Assembly: GCA_043228905.1 (NCBI GenBank)
Contig: JBHGNT010000010.1
Coordinates: forward strand, 4,526,001-4,590,000
Length of the DNA: 64,000 nucleotides
Direction of reading: 5' to 3'
Source: Azolla caroliniana
Lineage: Eukaryota > Plantae > Polypodiophyta
The translations under genes were made by a program, and so were the position numbers. The notes below the pieces were generated by a model. That model saw only the letters and a list, made by a program, of their open reading frames with translations, did not search any database and was not told the origin of the DNA. How positions within the stretch are numbered: the first letter of the stretch is position 1; each line of letters begins with the position of its first letter. Below, piece after piece: positions 13,545 to 25,189 of this stretch.

Positions 13545-16500
13545 TCACTTCGGCATGGGATGTCTCTCCAATCCGATCCTCTTCCGGCATGCTTCCAGCT
13601 TGTCGGGTGTGAGCACCTTGGTCAGCATATCCGACCCGTTCTCGTCCGTGTGGACCTTCGTCAGCACGAACTCCTTGTCTTCTATCCTTTCCCGGATCCA
13701 GTGATATCTTCGCTGGATGTGCTTCGTCCGGGAGTGATAGGCCGCGTTCTTCGCAAGGTGGATTGCACTCTGACTGTCGCAGTAGAGTCGGTACTCCTCC
13801 TGCCGGATACCGAGCTCTCTAATGAAGTCCTTCATCCATATTACTTCCTTGCCGGCTTCAACAGCTGCCATGTACTCCGCCTCCGTGGTTGACAACGCAA
13901 CCGTCTTCTGCAGCCTCGATTGCCACGAAACGGCTCCCCCTGCATACGTCATCACATACCCTGATGTGGACCGGCTGGTATCTGCATCAGCCGACATATC
14001 CGAATCGGTGAAGCCGTCGAGTTCGGGCTTACCGGAGCCGAATCGGAGGCACACATTCGCTGTGCCCTTCAGGTATCGGAGTATCCACTTGACCGCGTTC
14101 CAGTGCTCTTTGCCGGGATTGCTCATGTACCGGCTCACCACTCCGACTGCGTATCCTATATCCGGTCTCGTACACACCATGGCGTACATCAAGCTCCCGA
14201 CGGCTGAGGCATACGGCACTTTCATCATATCCTCCTTTTCAGCTTTTGTCTTGGGACATTGCTTGCTGGACAGCTTGCAGTTTGCCGGGAGGGTCGATCC
14301 GACCGGTCTTGCTTCCGACATGTTGAACCGGTGAAGCACCTTCGTCACGTACTTCTCCTGTGACAGCCACAACTGCTTCTTCTTCTGGTCCCGGATGATG
14401 TGCATCCCTAGTATTTGCCTCGCCGGACCCAGGTCCTTCATTGAGAAGGTTCGGTGAAGAGCCTTCTTCAGCATCCGTATCTTGACCTGGTCCCGTCCGA
14501 CGATCAACATGTCGTCCACGTACAGGAGGAGTATTAGAAAGTCTCCTCCTTCGAACTTCTTCACAAACACGCAGTGGTCGGACTGCGTTTTGAGGTACCC
14601 TTCGTCGGTCATGAAGGAGTCGAACTTCCGGTACCATTGCCGGGGAGCCTGCTTCAGTCCGTAAAGGCTCTTCTTCAACCGGCATACCAGGTGCTCCTTC
14701 CCTTTCTTCTCGAATCCTTCCGGTTGCTGCATGTAGATCTCTTCTTCGAGGTCACCATGAAGGAATGCCGTCTTCACGTCCATCTGTTCTACCTCGAGGT
14801 CCATGCTTGCCGCTATGCTCAGCACCGTCCGGATGGAGGTCATCTTCACTACCGGGGCAAATATCTCGTCGAAGTCGACGCCCTTCTTCTGCTGGAACCC
14901 CTTCACCACGATCCTGGCTTTGTATCTCTGGGGGTTTCCGGTATCTCCCGGTTTCAGCTTGAACACCCACTTGTTTCGAAGTGCCCGCTTTCCTTTCGGC
15001 AACTCCACAAGTTCATATGTGTGGTTCTCATGCAGGGAATCCATCTCCTCCTGCATGGCACTTAACCACCTGCGGCTCTGGGTGTCGTGCTTTGCTTCTT
15101 CAAAGCTCTCCGGCTCCCCCTCGTCGGTTAGCAGCACGTGCTCTGGTTCCGGAAATCTCCGGGGGGCCCTTCTCTCTCTTAGAGGATATCTCCGTTCGGG
15201 AGCTTCGGTAACCGGTTCTTCCGATTCTTCTTCTTCATCCGAATCCATTTCGGGATCGGGGCCGGTTCCGGTATCATTTTCATCTTCTTCAGCCGGTTCT
15301 GTTTCTTCACCGTCTTCGGCCGGGTCTTCGAGTGTTAACCGGTCCCTTGCCGGTCGGGACTGCTCCTCGTAGAGTTTATCCTCACCGGTCGACTTGGAGC
15401 TCTTCATCTTCTTCTCCGACTCCCAGTCGGCGAGCGTCTTGTCCTCCATGAAAATGATATCTCGACTCCTGAATATCTTCTTGTCGACCGGGTCCCATAC
15501 TCGGTAGCCGAACTCGTCGTCGCCGTAACCGAGGAATATGCATGGCCGGGTCTTTGGATCTAACTTTCCTCTCCGGTCCTTTGCCACATGCACGTATGTG
15601 AGACACCCGAACACCTTCAGATGCCGGTAGGACACTTCCTTACCGGTCCACACTTTCTGCGGCGTGTCTCCGTCCAAAGGTACTGAGGGTGATCTATTTA
15701 TCACATACGTCGCCGTCGACATTGCCTCAGCCCAAAATCCCTTGGGTAGTTTCGCATGCGCTAGCATACTCCGGACCCTCTCCATTATGGTCCGATTCAT
15801 CCTCTCGGCCAGCCCGTTCAGTTCCGGCGTCTTCGGCACAGTAAACTCGAGCCGGATTCCCTTCGAGCGGCAGTACTCCTGGAACTGCCCCCGGTATTCC
15901 CCTCCGTTATCCGCTCGTATCGCTTTCAGCTTCTTGCCGGATTCTCTTTCCACTCTCGCGTGGAGTTCTCTGAAGACGGACAACACTTGGTCCTTTGTCT
16001 TCAACGGTGCCGTCCACAGCTTCCGGCTGTGATCATCAATGAATGTCACGAAGTACTGGGCTCCGCCATGTGACTTCGTTTCTACCTGACACACATCAGT
16101 GTGCACCAGCTCCAAGGGTGCGCTACGTCTCGTCGGTGGCCTTGAGTGGAAGGAGGTCCGGTTTTGCTTACCGGCCAGGCAGTCGGTGCACTTCTCCAGG
16201 TGCACATGCTTCACTGGAATAAGGTTGTCTTCTGCAAGCCTCTTCATCCCCTTCTCACTCATGTGGCACAGTCTTTTGTGCCACAGCTCACCGGCAGTGT
16301 CGGCTGCTACATTCAGCTCTTCCGGACATAACCGGGCATTCATCAGGTACAGAGTGTTGACCTTCCGGGCCCGAGCCACTATCAGGCTCCCCTTGCTGAA
16401 CTTCATTACGCCGTTCCGGATGCTACCCGTGTAGCCTTCATCATCTAGCCTCCCGGCCGAGATCAGGTTCAATCGGACCTCCGGAACGTGTCGCACATCC

Positions 16501-17621
16501 TTCAACAGCATCTTGCATCCGGTTGATGTCATCAGCCACACGTCTCCTATACCGGCAATTCGGCATGTACCTTCATTTCCCATCCGGACAAAACCGTGCT
16601 CACCGGCTGTGTAGGATGAGAAGCATTTCTTCTCCGGGGTCAGGTGGAACGACGCTCCGGAATCGACCACCCAGGTCATCTCTACGCCGGCAAGGTTCAG
16701 CTCCCTCTCTTCGGTAATGAGCATTATCTCTTCTTCACTTGCCGCGAGTGCCGTCGTTCCTTTCCGGTCCTGCCCTCGCCGATCCGGACCTCTCCGGTCC
16801 GTGGCTCCCCGGTATGCACCGTTTCTCTCCGGTGACTTCTTCGAATCGGTGTCGTCGGCTCCGTTGTCCTTTCGGTAATGCCGACAATTTTTCCGGAAGT
16901 GCCCCGGCTTCCCACAGTGGAAGCAAATGGGTCTTCCTCTTGACTGCGACCGGGTCCCCGACTTCTCCCGTCTTTGCGGACTCCGGTTCCAGTGTCTTCC
17001 CCGTTCCGATTCGGTAAGCAGCGCCTTCGAGTCGGAGGCCGGTTCTTTATCTCTCCGACGCGCTTCTTCATTTAGAATACTTGTCTTTACCGTTTGTAGG
17101 GACAAGTTGTCTTCCGTGCAGGAGGTGCTGAGAGTCACCACCAAGTTCTCCCAGCTGTCCGGCAATGTACACATCAGGATGATGGCTTGCATTGCATCCT
17201 CCAACGGGAACTTGATCGCCGCAAGCTGGTTCACGAATCCCATGAACGTGCTTACGTGTTCCACCATACTCTCGCCGTCCCGGTACTTGAGGTTCACTAT
17301 CTTTCTCATCAGGGAGGTCCGGTTCAACGCATTCTTCCTCTCATAGAGGCCCGACAGCTTCTTCCACATCTCATAGGCGTTCGTATCGTTCGCCACATGT
17401 TGCAGGACACTTACATCGACATATTGCCGGATCGTCGCTACTGCTTTCCGGTTCAGGAGCTTCCACTCCGACTCAAGTACTCCCTTCGGTATTTCCGACC
17501 TGTCAATCGGTTCGTACAGGTCCCGAACAATCAGAAGATCCTCCATCTTGATCTTCCAGTCGGCGTAATTCTGCGCATTCAGCACCATCATTCCCGGCTG
17601 CCCGCTACCGCCGCCTTCCAT
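13545..17621 (-). CDS. Copia Gag-Pol polyprotein (~1358 aa from the first ATG, MEGGGSG)
   Basis: Zinc knuckle CFHCGKPGHFRKNC, protease WVVDSGAS, LWHKRLCH, integrase VHTDV/IRADNGGEY/NGLAERMNR, RT QMDVKTAFLHG and YVDD, RNase H FTDSD/TEAEY/DMLTK. Confidence 0.97.
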   Translation of the reverse strand: MEGGGSGQPGMMVLNAQNYADWKIKMEDLLIVRDLYEPIDRSEIPKGVLESEWKLLNRKAVATIRQYVDVSVLQHVANDTNAYEMWKKLSGLYERKNALNRTSLMRKIVNLKYRDGESMVEHVSTFMGFVNQLAAIKFPLEDAMQAIILMCTLPDSWENLVVTLSTSCTEDNLSLQTVKTSILNEEARRRDKEPASDSKALLTESERGRHWNRSPQRREKSGTRSQSRGRPICFHCGKPGHFRKNCRHYRKDNGADDTDSKKSPERNGAYRGATDRRGPDRRGQDRKGTTALAASEEEIMLITEERELNLAGVEMTWVVDSGASFHLTPEKKCFSSYTAGEHGFVRMGNEGTCRIAGIGDVWLMTSTGCKMLLKDVRHVPEVRLNLISAGRLDDEGYTGSIRNGVMKFSKGSLIVARARKVNTLYLMNARLCPEELNVAADTAGELWHKRLCHMSEKGMKRLAEDNLIPVKHVHLEKCTDCLAGKQNRTSFHSRPPTRRSAPLELVHTDVCQVETKSHGGAQYFVTFIDDHSRKLWTAPLKTKDQVLSVFRELHARVERESGKKLKAIRADNGGEYRGQFQEYCRSKGIRLEFTVPKTPELNGLAERMNRTIMERVRSMLAHAKLPKGFWAEAMSTATYVINRSPSVPLDGDTPQKVWTGKEVSYRHLKVFGCLTYVHVAKDRRGKLDPKTRPCIFLGYGDDEFGYRVWDPVDKKIFRSRDIIFMEDKTLADWESEKKMKSSKSTGEDKLYEEQSRPARDRLTLEDPAEDGEETEPAEEDENDTGTGPDPEMDSDEEEESEEPVTEAPERRYPLRERRAPRRFPEPEHVLLTDEGEPESFEEAKHDTQSRRWLSAMQEEMDSLHENHTYELVELPKGKRALRNKWVFKLKPGDTGNPQRYKARIVVKGFQQKKGVDFDEIFAPVVKMTSIRTVLSIAASMDLEVEQMDVKTAFLHGDLEEEIYMQQPEGFEKKGKEHLVCRLKKSLYGLKQAPRQWYRKFDSFMTDEGYLKTQSDHCVFVKKFEGGDFLILLLYVDDMLIVGRDQVKIRMLKKALHRTFSMKDLGPARQILGMHIIRDQKKKQLWLSQEKYVTKVLHRFNMSEARPVGSTLPANCKLSSKQCPKTKAEKEDMMKVPYASAVGSLMYAMVCTRPDIGYAVGVVSRYMSNPGKEHWNAVKWILRYLKGTANVCLRFGSGKPELDGFTDSDMSADADTSRSTSGYVMTYAGGAVSWQSRLQKTVALSTTEAEYMAAVEAGKEVIWMKDFIRELGIRQEEYRLYCDSQSAIHLAKNAAYHSRTKHIQRRYHWIRERIEDKEFVLTKVHTDENGSDMLTKVLTPDKLEACRKRIGLERHPMPK

Positions 17622-17637
17622 CTTCTGTGTTATCGTC

Positions 17638-17649
17638 GCTCTGATACCA
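17638..17649 (-). promoter_or_regulatory. Primer binding site, tRNA-iMet (TGGTATCAGAGC)
   Basis: Canonical sequence 3 nt from the 5' LTR. The matching PPT (AAGTGAAGGGGGAG) abuts the other LTR at ~13537-13550. Confidence 0.95.
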
Positions 17650-19356
17650 CTTTGTAAAGTTTTGACGCTATCAAATCTTTCGCCTCTCGGCCACAACCGA
17701 GACAACACGGATCAATGCAGCAGAAAAATAAAAACAAAGACACAGAGAGATGAATACACAGGGTATAACGTGGAAAACCCTAAACGGGAAAAACCATGGG
17801 AGTGCACGACTCCAACTACCACTATACACTGGAATATACAATGGCGAGCTGCAAGGCGACGACCTTGAGCTCGCTGTCCTCGCCACAGGCGGCGGTATTA
17901 CACAGAGGCGTCGACCTCTTCGTTTCTCTCTCTCTCTCTCTCGGCTGCTCTCACTTCGCTCCCTCTAAGTGGAAAAACAGACAATGAGCAACAACATAAA
18001 ACTGTTTGCCCTAAGTCATATTTATACACATATGACTTTCGGGCTATTTACAAATATAGCCTCAAGGGCTCTTGGCAAACATATTCACAAATATGTCTCC
18101 GCATCCGGATCTCTCTCCGGGTACATTCATCATCCGGTTCCGTAACCGGGGTCTTCATCATCCGGCTCCGTAACCGGGGTCTTCATCATCCGGTTCCGTA
18201 ACCGGGGTCTTCATCATCCGGTTCCGTAACCGCAACCGGGCTTGCCGTCATTCATCTCCGGACATCCCATCCGGAGGGACCGTAATCCCAACAATTACCT
18301 CGACGGTGATAGATTGATAAGATAGATTGCCATTTGTAGTGCCTCGGTCTAGAATTCTAGCTTTAGTCTGGGGTGTTGGAGCATTGCCGTCACCCTTTCC
18401 TGAATCGTCCAGTTGATCCGTTCCGCCAATCCATGTTGCATGGGTGTGTAGGGGACGATCTTTTGGTGTCGGATCCCTTTGTCAGACAGGTACTGTTTGA
18501 AGGCTCGGGAGGTGTATTCATCTCCATTGTCGGATCAGAGTGTCTTCACTCTGTATCCTGACCGGTTCTCCACTTTAGTTATTCACTGAGTGAAGACCTC
18601 GAGCGCTTCGTCTTTCGACCTAATCGAGTAGGCCCAAACCTTCCGTGTATAGTCATCTACGAATGTGATGAAGTACCGAGAGCCTCCTAGTGATCGCTCG
18701 GGCATTAGTCCACATATATCTGTGTGGAGCAGTGTTAGAGTCGATGTATCGTCTCATAGTGGAGAGACTGGCAACTTCGGGTTTGTTTCTCGTAACAACA
18801 ATGTTAACAGAAGTCCATCTTTGTGTGGAGTTTTGGGATGTGACCGATTTCCATCAGTCAGTCTAGTCTAGCTTGAGACATATGGTCGAGTTGGCCATGC
18901 CATAAATTGGAGTCCCGCGATTTGGCTATGTTCATTGCCCCTTCTGGATTGATTGCCATCAATGGGTACAAGTTATTGTACTTCTATCCGTTCTCGATTT
19001 TTAGATTTCCTCAGCTGATCATCCATGTCAACTCACTGAGAGTCGTTCTGTACCCAGCTTCGGCTAGTATACCAATGGAGACCAGACTCCTTTTCAGTGT
19101 GGGTACATGCTGGACTTGGTGCAGGGTGATAATATTGCCATTTGGCAATTGGATGGAACCTCTCCGATCCCTATGATTACGCACTCCTACCCGTTGCCGA
19201 GTCAGACTGTGTCGCTAGCTTCGGTCACGTGAAATGTGGCACTGGAGTTCAATAGCCACATTTGTGTGTCCTGCGCACTGTATAAGACTTCTTTGATCAA
19301 CGAGTCCTCTAGAAAGAGAATTTCTCCTGTTCGGGAGTCGACAACATTGATTTGGT

Positions 19357-19963
19357 TGCAGTCTCAGAAGTAAGCACTGGGCTTCTTGTTAAAGAAAGAG
19401 GAGAAACGAAATTAGCTTGTATTGATAGCTGAAGATGATCACAAAATATTTCTTATAGAATAATATAACTTGTGCCTCCTATTACAATAATATTCCTCGT
19501 CTCATGTTATCTCCCTTCACTCTTTTCCCTTTCCCTCTTTAAATAGGTGCCCCATGCATATGATGCATGTGAGGGTACAAGACATGCATGTAGTGCATGA
19601 AATGCATGTGATGCATGATAGACATCCCACTCATTTGAGCTTTCATGTATGAAAATATACATGGCATAAGTACAAACATTAAAATAGAGCTTTAAAAGAA
19701 CAAATGACCTAGCCTAATGGTATGTGCCTTGTATTTGGTATGTGAGGTTGTGGGTTCAAGTCTCTCAAATGTTATTCAATATAATATTTTAGTTTATTTT
19801 TCTATCGTGAAGCAAATCCTTCACGGCACCTAAACCCCCCACATGCTCCTACTCATCGAGGCCTCACACTCTAGAGTCTATATAACCTTTTACAAAGATT
19901 TGAATAAGCTCATATTAATTGGAAGAGGTTATTTTCTCATCGTGGCATGGAAACGTCATGACA
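19357..19963 (-). mobile_element. Solo LTR inserted in the old Copia between gag and protease
   Basis: AT-rich block starting TGTCATGACG on the minus strand. Both ends match the split element at 47650-51060. TSD is imperfect (ACCGT/ACCAA). Confidence 0.7.
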
Positions 19964-22552
19964 ACGGTTTGAGTCGGATCGGCTTGAGTTCCGCTTGAAT
20001 CGCTAACCACTCTCCTTCCTCTTGATCGACCAATAGTTGGAAATGTTATAACCAGTTTTTTTGCAATGAGATTAGAAGTTACTCAATGATCGACTATTCC
20101 TCGACTTCAACCGCTATCAGTCCCCTCTTTCTTGGTCGACTATTGTTCCGACCGGTTCTTCTGACTTGTTCTCTCAATCAGTAGGATCGCTCAATCGACT
20201 CTGGTCGAGTGGTGGGCTTCGACCGACTCATCGATGGTGAGTCCCAACGGTTTTCGCCTAATATCCTGAATGAGGACTTGTCTGATCGTCTCATCTAGAT
20301 TTAGATTCAGACAACTATTGGCAAAGGTCGTGCAGAATACCTCCCAACTCGCCAGCAAGCTCGAAGAGAGGGCAAGGGCTTTGACTTCTTCATCGAAGTT
20401 AATCCCTTGAGAGGACAATTCAGATAACACTCGACTGAAGGTGTTAATGTGGGAGGTTGTTGAATTCGTCTCTCTCATCTTCATGTTGAATAACTGTCAA
20501 ATCAGTATCCCTCGACAAAGCATAGTGTAACAAGAAAGCTATATTGATTTTTAAATCTCCTTACTGATGATAAGACCCATACTCCTTTTGCGTTGAAAGA
20601 AGGAAACATTGAGACACACATAGAACATGCATAACCTTGCCTTGATCCTGTCATAGTGCAATATGTAAGGAGGCTTTAGTAATCAAATGTGTAGCAAGAT
20701 AAATCTTCGCAATTGTCTTAATATGCAAAACCTTTCTCACACTTATTTATGCACATTAAGGTCAAAGGTCCTACACCAAATGAATCCCTATAGACTACTA
20801 ACCACATTTATGGACAAACAATGGTTGGTGGTGTTGGTTAAGTTTTATTGCAATGAACTCATCGCAAACATGAATGGCAACAATGCATGGGTTGATAATG
20901 ATACAACACCAAGAATGAATATATTAACTGAAACATTTCAAATTTGTACGCAAATGTGTTCCATATACATCACGTTGATATGGGTCGACATGAACACTCT
21001 CATATATATCATGTATGATCTATTTTCTCCTCTATACAACGTTCTCAACACAATATCATGCTTAATCTTGATATACAAATCATGGTTATACGTTGTCGCG
21101 AAGATGCTCGCGTGCGTGTGCTACTTGAGCGGGACCACCGAGGCCATGGACTAGGGAGGACGTTCACGAATTTGTCGAAAAGACGACGATGTGGATGTTA
21201 CAAACGAGGAAACCAATGTCACATTTGAAAAAAAAACAACGATTTTTAGACTCAAGAAGAAGACAGATTTCAAGAAGAATATTAAGAACAAGATTATATT
21301 GATGGTGAGGATAATGATATCACATATTGAGCCCCTCCTTTACACAACCCGTACTAGGGGTTTTATAGGTTTGTCCATGCACAAAACCATGTGCTTGGAG
21401 CCATGGTTTCTATGCACATAGTTTTGCTTCGTGACATGCAGAAAACCATGGGCATGGTTTTGTGTACACAGGTTTGTACGTTTGTTTCCTACGGAATACT
21501 GAATATGAGAAAGAAATATAGAAAATCTAAATCACTTAGTAGTAGCTTCAGTGGTAAGGTAATTGTCTCTTATCTTAGAGGTGCAAGGTCTCAAATCCTA
21601 CTTGCAACCCTCTACATGCACTCAATGCCATTGTGACCTAGGTTTATTTATTTATAATTTATTTTCATTTTTACAAGTATTCGTGAAATGTGTGTGGATC
21701 CTCAATTTTTTACTTTTTCTCGCACTAGACATGCCACATCACGACAACGTTGAAGGTCACATTTGCCCTTCGTGAGATTATTTTTTTGTGACGGTTTCCA
21801 ACTTCAAATGCCCTTTATTTTATATTTAAGTATAAACATTTGCCATGCAGTTTGACATTCCTATATTGAAGGCATCCTTCATTGGAAAAAGGTAAACTTA
21901 CGTATAAAAATTTGCCATATGAAGAAAATGTGTTCTGTGGGATCAACTAATGAGAAGATCAATTTTTGGTTTAGTTCTCACAAATGATCTAAATGAATTA
22001 AAGTATTTAAAAACAAATAAATTATATATTGTATTATTTACCCTAGTGGTTGTCTAACTATATTCAACGGTCAAGAACCTACCATTTTGAGGCAGAAAAC
22101 ACAAAAATGTTAGTCAATTTACAACCCTACATGTAATTATAGAAAGGAAGTAAATATCAATTTTGCATTGAATTATAGTTATGCAGTCACTCTTTTATTT
22201 TTAGTAAACAAGGTGCAATATATACTTGCAACCTCATTTTTATGGTTAATCATGGCAATGAGGGGCCATGTTCTCACTATTGTTATAGTGGATAATCATA
22301 TTCAAACTTCATATAAGGAAGACATTCAGAGACATACTTTAACCAAATTTGAGCTTCAAGACCTTATAAAATGAGTGTTGTAAAGACTCAAGAGCGTGAA
22401 CTAAGAAAAATGAAGGTCAAAGGTATGTTAAGTATTTGTGGAGGACATCACACCTCCTATGTTGTGGAGATGTAGGACAATAGAGAGAAAGAGTTCAATA
22501 TTGTAATAGGGTACAAAAACAATGCCTATGCACCTTATGAATTTCCAAAGTG

Positions 22553-22951
22553 CAAAAAGGACATCATTGTTTTTTTTACATAAAAATAGATACTACATTA
22601 GTATTAAGAAAATGCCCTAAGGCGATACATACAAGATGTACATTTCAATAATGAGTCCCTTTTTTCTAAAATCTAACTGTCCACTTAAATAAATACTTTG
22701 GTGTAGAGTGGAACCACTCCACCTTATTAAAAACCCGTCTATAAAATATGCCTCTATCCCAAGTGGCATGAAACTCTGATTGCTTGAGCTCCGCCTGTTG
22801 TGTATTACCTTTTATATTATCCAAAGCACCACTGAGATTATGTAAAATCTTTGTCCAAAACTCAAAAATGATTTGGCAGGTCTTTCAGTCACATTCTGAA
22901 ATATCTTCAAACACCGAGCCTTCCAAATATGCCAAAAAGGACATCATTGTT
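22553..22951 (-). mobile_element. 5'-truncated L1-type LINE fragment with 19-bp TSD
   Basis: Direct repeat CAAAAAGGACATCATTGTT at 22553-22571 and 22933-22951. A poly-T tail abuts the left copy, and the minus strand encodes HIWKARCLKIFQN (L1 ORF2 C-terminal IWxxRxxxIF motif). Confidence 0.75.
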
Positions 22952-25189
22952 ATAATGTTAAATAAGGAATGACTATATAGGTGAAACTATTAACCTTTGA
23001 TAAGGGTTATTGTGACAATATTTGCATTTGGTTACGTCTATAATTTTTGAATGAACATTAGTATGATGGCTTAGGTTGTATCCATTCATATAGAACTTTA
23101 ATTTAAGTTAGAGTATATTATAAGAAATCTAGTTTTTCTTCGCTAGTAGAATCCAATGCACAAAATCTCAAATGCTTGGGAGTATCCTTTCATTATCTAA
23201 TTCAATAAAGCCAATCTACAATTCATTATATGTTGCTAAAAGAAATTCTATTGAGTTTCAAGCTAAAGTCTTGAACTACTTCAAACCATTTAAAGTAAGT
23301 GTAAAAAGCTTTATGATTTAGGCTAGATTGTGTGTTATCTTTGTCATATTCTTATGCTTATTAAAGAGTTCGTTAATAGACGTTTTGCTACTATAATAGT
23401 GACAGTATTTGTGATAGAATATTATTGATAAGAATTCATTAGTGGAGAAGTTTTCATAGATGCATGAGATGGGTATGGAAATGAGTGGAATGCTTACAGC
23501 ATGCTTCAAGAGGTGATTTCGTAACCCAACAATGAGTTTTTTATTTTATTTATCGATCTTGAAACCTCTACTAAGCTCATTTTAGTGTATTCCGATGTAA
23601 TAGCATGCTTAACTCACCATGAATTTGATTTTTTATAAGTGGAATTTTCCTATCTTTGAGAACATGCTCTTTCTATGAAGGCGATTTTTTGAGCAAAGAC
23701 GGCATATATGTTGGTGTACTAGGCGAAGCCCTAGCATGCTAGTTAACTCTTGAGTTGTTAACTAGAGACTTAAGAGGTGAACTTGAAGCTTGTTTTATGT
23801 ATGTGTTTGCCTTTTTTCACGTGTTGACTTTGTATTTTCTTTTTGGATATTTTTTCTCTTTTACTTCTCTTTTCTATTTATGTATGTGTTTCTCTTTAAT
23901 CATTGATGAACGAGTCAAGTTTAACACTAATCTCTAGCATATTCTTTTAACCTTGTTGTTCTTGTTAATATAATTAAATTCTCCTCTTCTTTTCTATCAT
24001 TGGATCTTTTTCTTGGTTATGGCCTTGACAATTACTATTGGACAAGCTTCATCAAAGGACTCATACATTAATGAACCTACTCATTGATTTGTTGTCTAAC
24101 ATTTTGTCTTAGGTTCACATTTGGTTGTCAAAGCTTTTGGTACATTAGATGTAGTCTCATACCATTTCTTTATCTCTTGCATGAGTGAGAATAATTGATC
24201 AATCGGATTCCACTTACTACCTTGACTAGTGAAGTTATTTAAGAACTCCTATTGATATACAAAAAATCATTTAATGTCTCTTGGGCGAAGGTGCATAATC
24301 AAAATTTTGGGCTTGGTCATCAAGGGTGAACACGAAGGCAATCATCATTGTCATATTTGTAATGGGTTCGTAAGCCCATATGATTTGTTCCACTACAAAT
24401 ATTGTTATTTCAACGTTCCACTACAAATATTGTTATTTCACCAATCATGGTGGTCAAACCCCATCCCTTGAAATATTGGCTAAACAAAACTTCTATCTCT
24501 TTCTCGACAATCTCGAGTTCTTCAAGGATGTCTAATGATCTTTGCTTCACGGTGTGGGCATCGTGTGTCGAATTATTATGTAATGGTATGTGTGTGAACA
24601 TGGTGTTTGAGTGTTGGATTTTGTTTAGGTCCATTTATGATTCAACTACAATTGTTAACTAACCTCCATAAGCCTTATTTTTCTCATTTTTCGTTTCACC
24701 AAATTGATTATAGTGTAGGTTTAAATTTGAGCATGCTAGTCCATGGTGCTTTCCCCAGTGACATCATGGTAGATTATCCAAAGGTAGAAATTACAAGGAA
24801 AGGTCAACTTGAAAGGATTTTGCAAAATGCCCTCACAAAATGTGTTTCACTTATGGAAAAAGGTGCCCCGATTTACAATGGTAGCTCAAGAGCCTCAATG
24901 GCAATATCGACTTCCATGGACTCTTTGAATATCAACAAATGTAAACATCCTCGTATTTTATATCATTGTATAAAGAAAGTTGTAACCTTCTTGGTAGCTA
25001 GGTTCAAGTTGTAGCCTTCAGGCGTTTTCTTCTTAATACTATTGAAGAAAATCTTTAATAAATAAAAAAAATGTGTTCCACAAATATATTTCCATAAATG
25101 GTTTGCAAAACGTTTTCTTGTAAAGCCCCCCATGCAATTCTTTTGGAACAAAACATTTGTGTAAACCATTCACGCATTTTGTTTACATA

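Larger units (their letters stand above)
12894..18293 (-). mobile_element. Intact, very young Ty1/Copia LTR retrotransposon (Tnt1/Tork-like), 5400 bp
   Basis: 641-bp TG..CA LTRs at 12894-13534 and 17653-18293 that look identical; TSD ATTAC at 12889-12893 and 18294-18298; PBS, PPT and one uninterrupted polyprotein. Confidence 0.98.
10490..20500 (-). mobile_element. Old degenerate Ty1/Copia element (gag-PR-INT-RT-RH fragments), interrupted by younger insertions
   Basis: Fragments: gag LSSSLLASWEVF (20191-20484), protease WLLNSSATFHVT (~19230-19260), RT QLDVKTTFLHG/LKQRPRMW (11520-11840) and RNase H GYTDSDYAG/DFLTKPL; many stops and frameshifts. A candidate LTR lies at ~9890-10250. Confidence 0.85.

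Noticed and set aside
13560-17657. Many plus-strand antisense ORFs over the Copia (and likewise over A, B and C)
   Set aside because: Expected shadow ORFs of GC-rich coding sequence; no independent motifs.
17622-17708. N-terminal 29 aa of the 1387-aa ORF call
   Set aside because: Starts at a non-ATG codon inside the LTR and crosses the PBS; the first ATG is at 17621.
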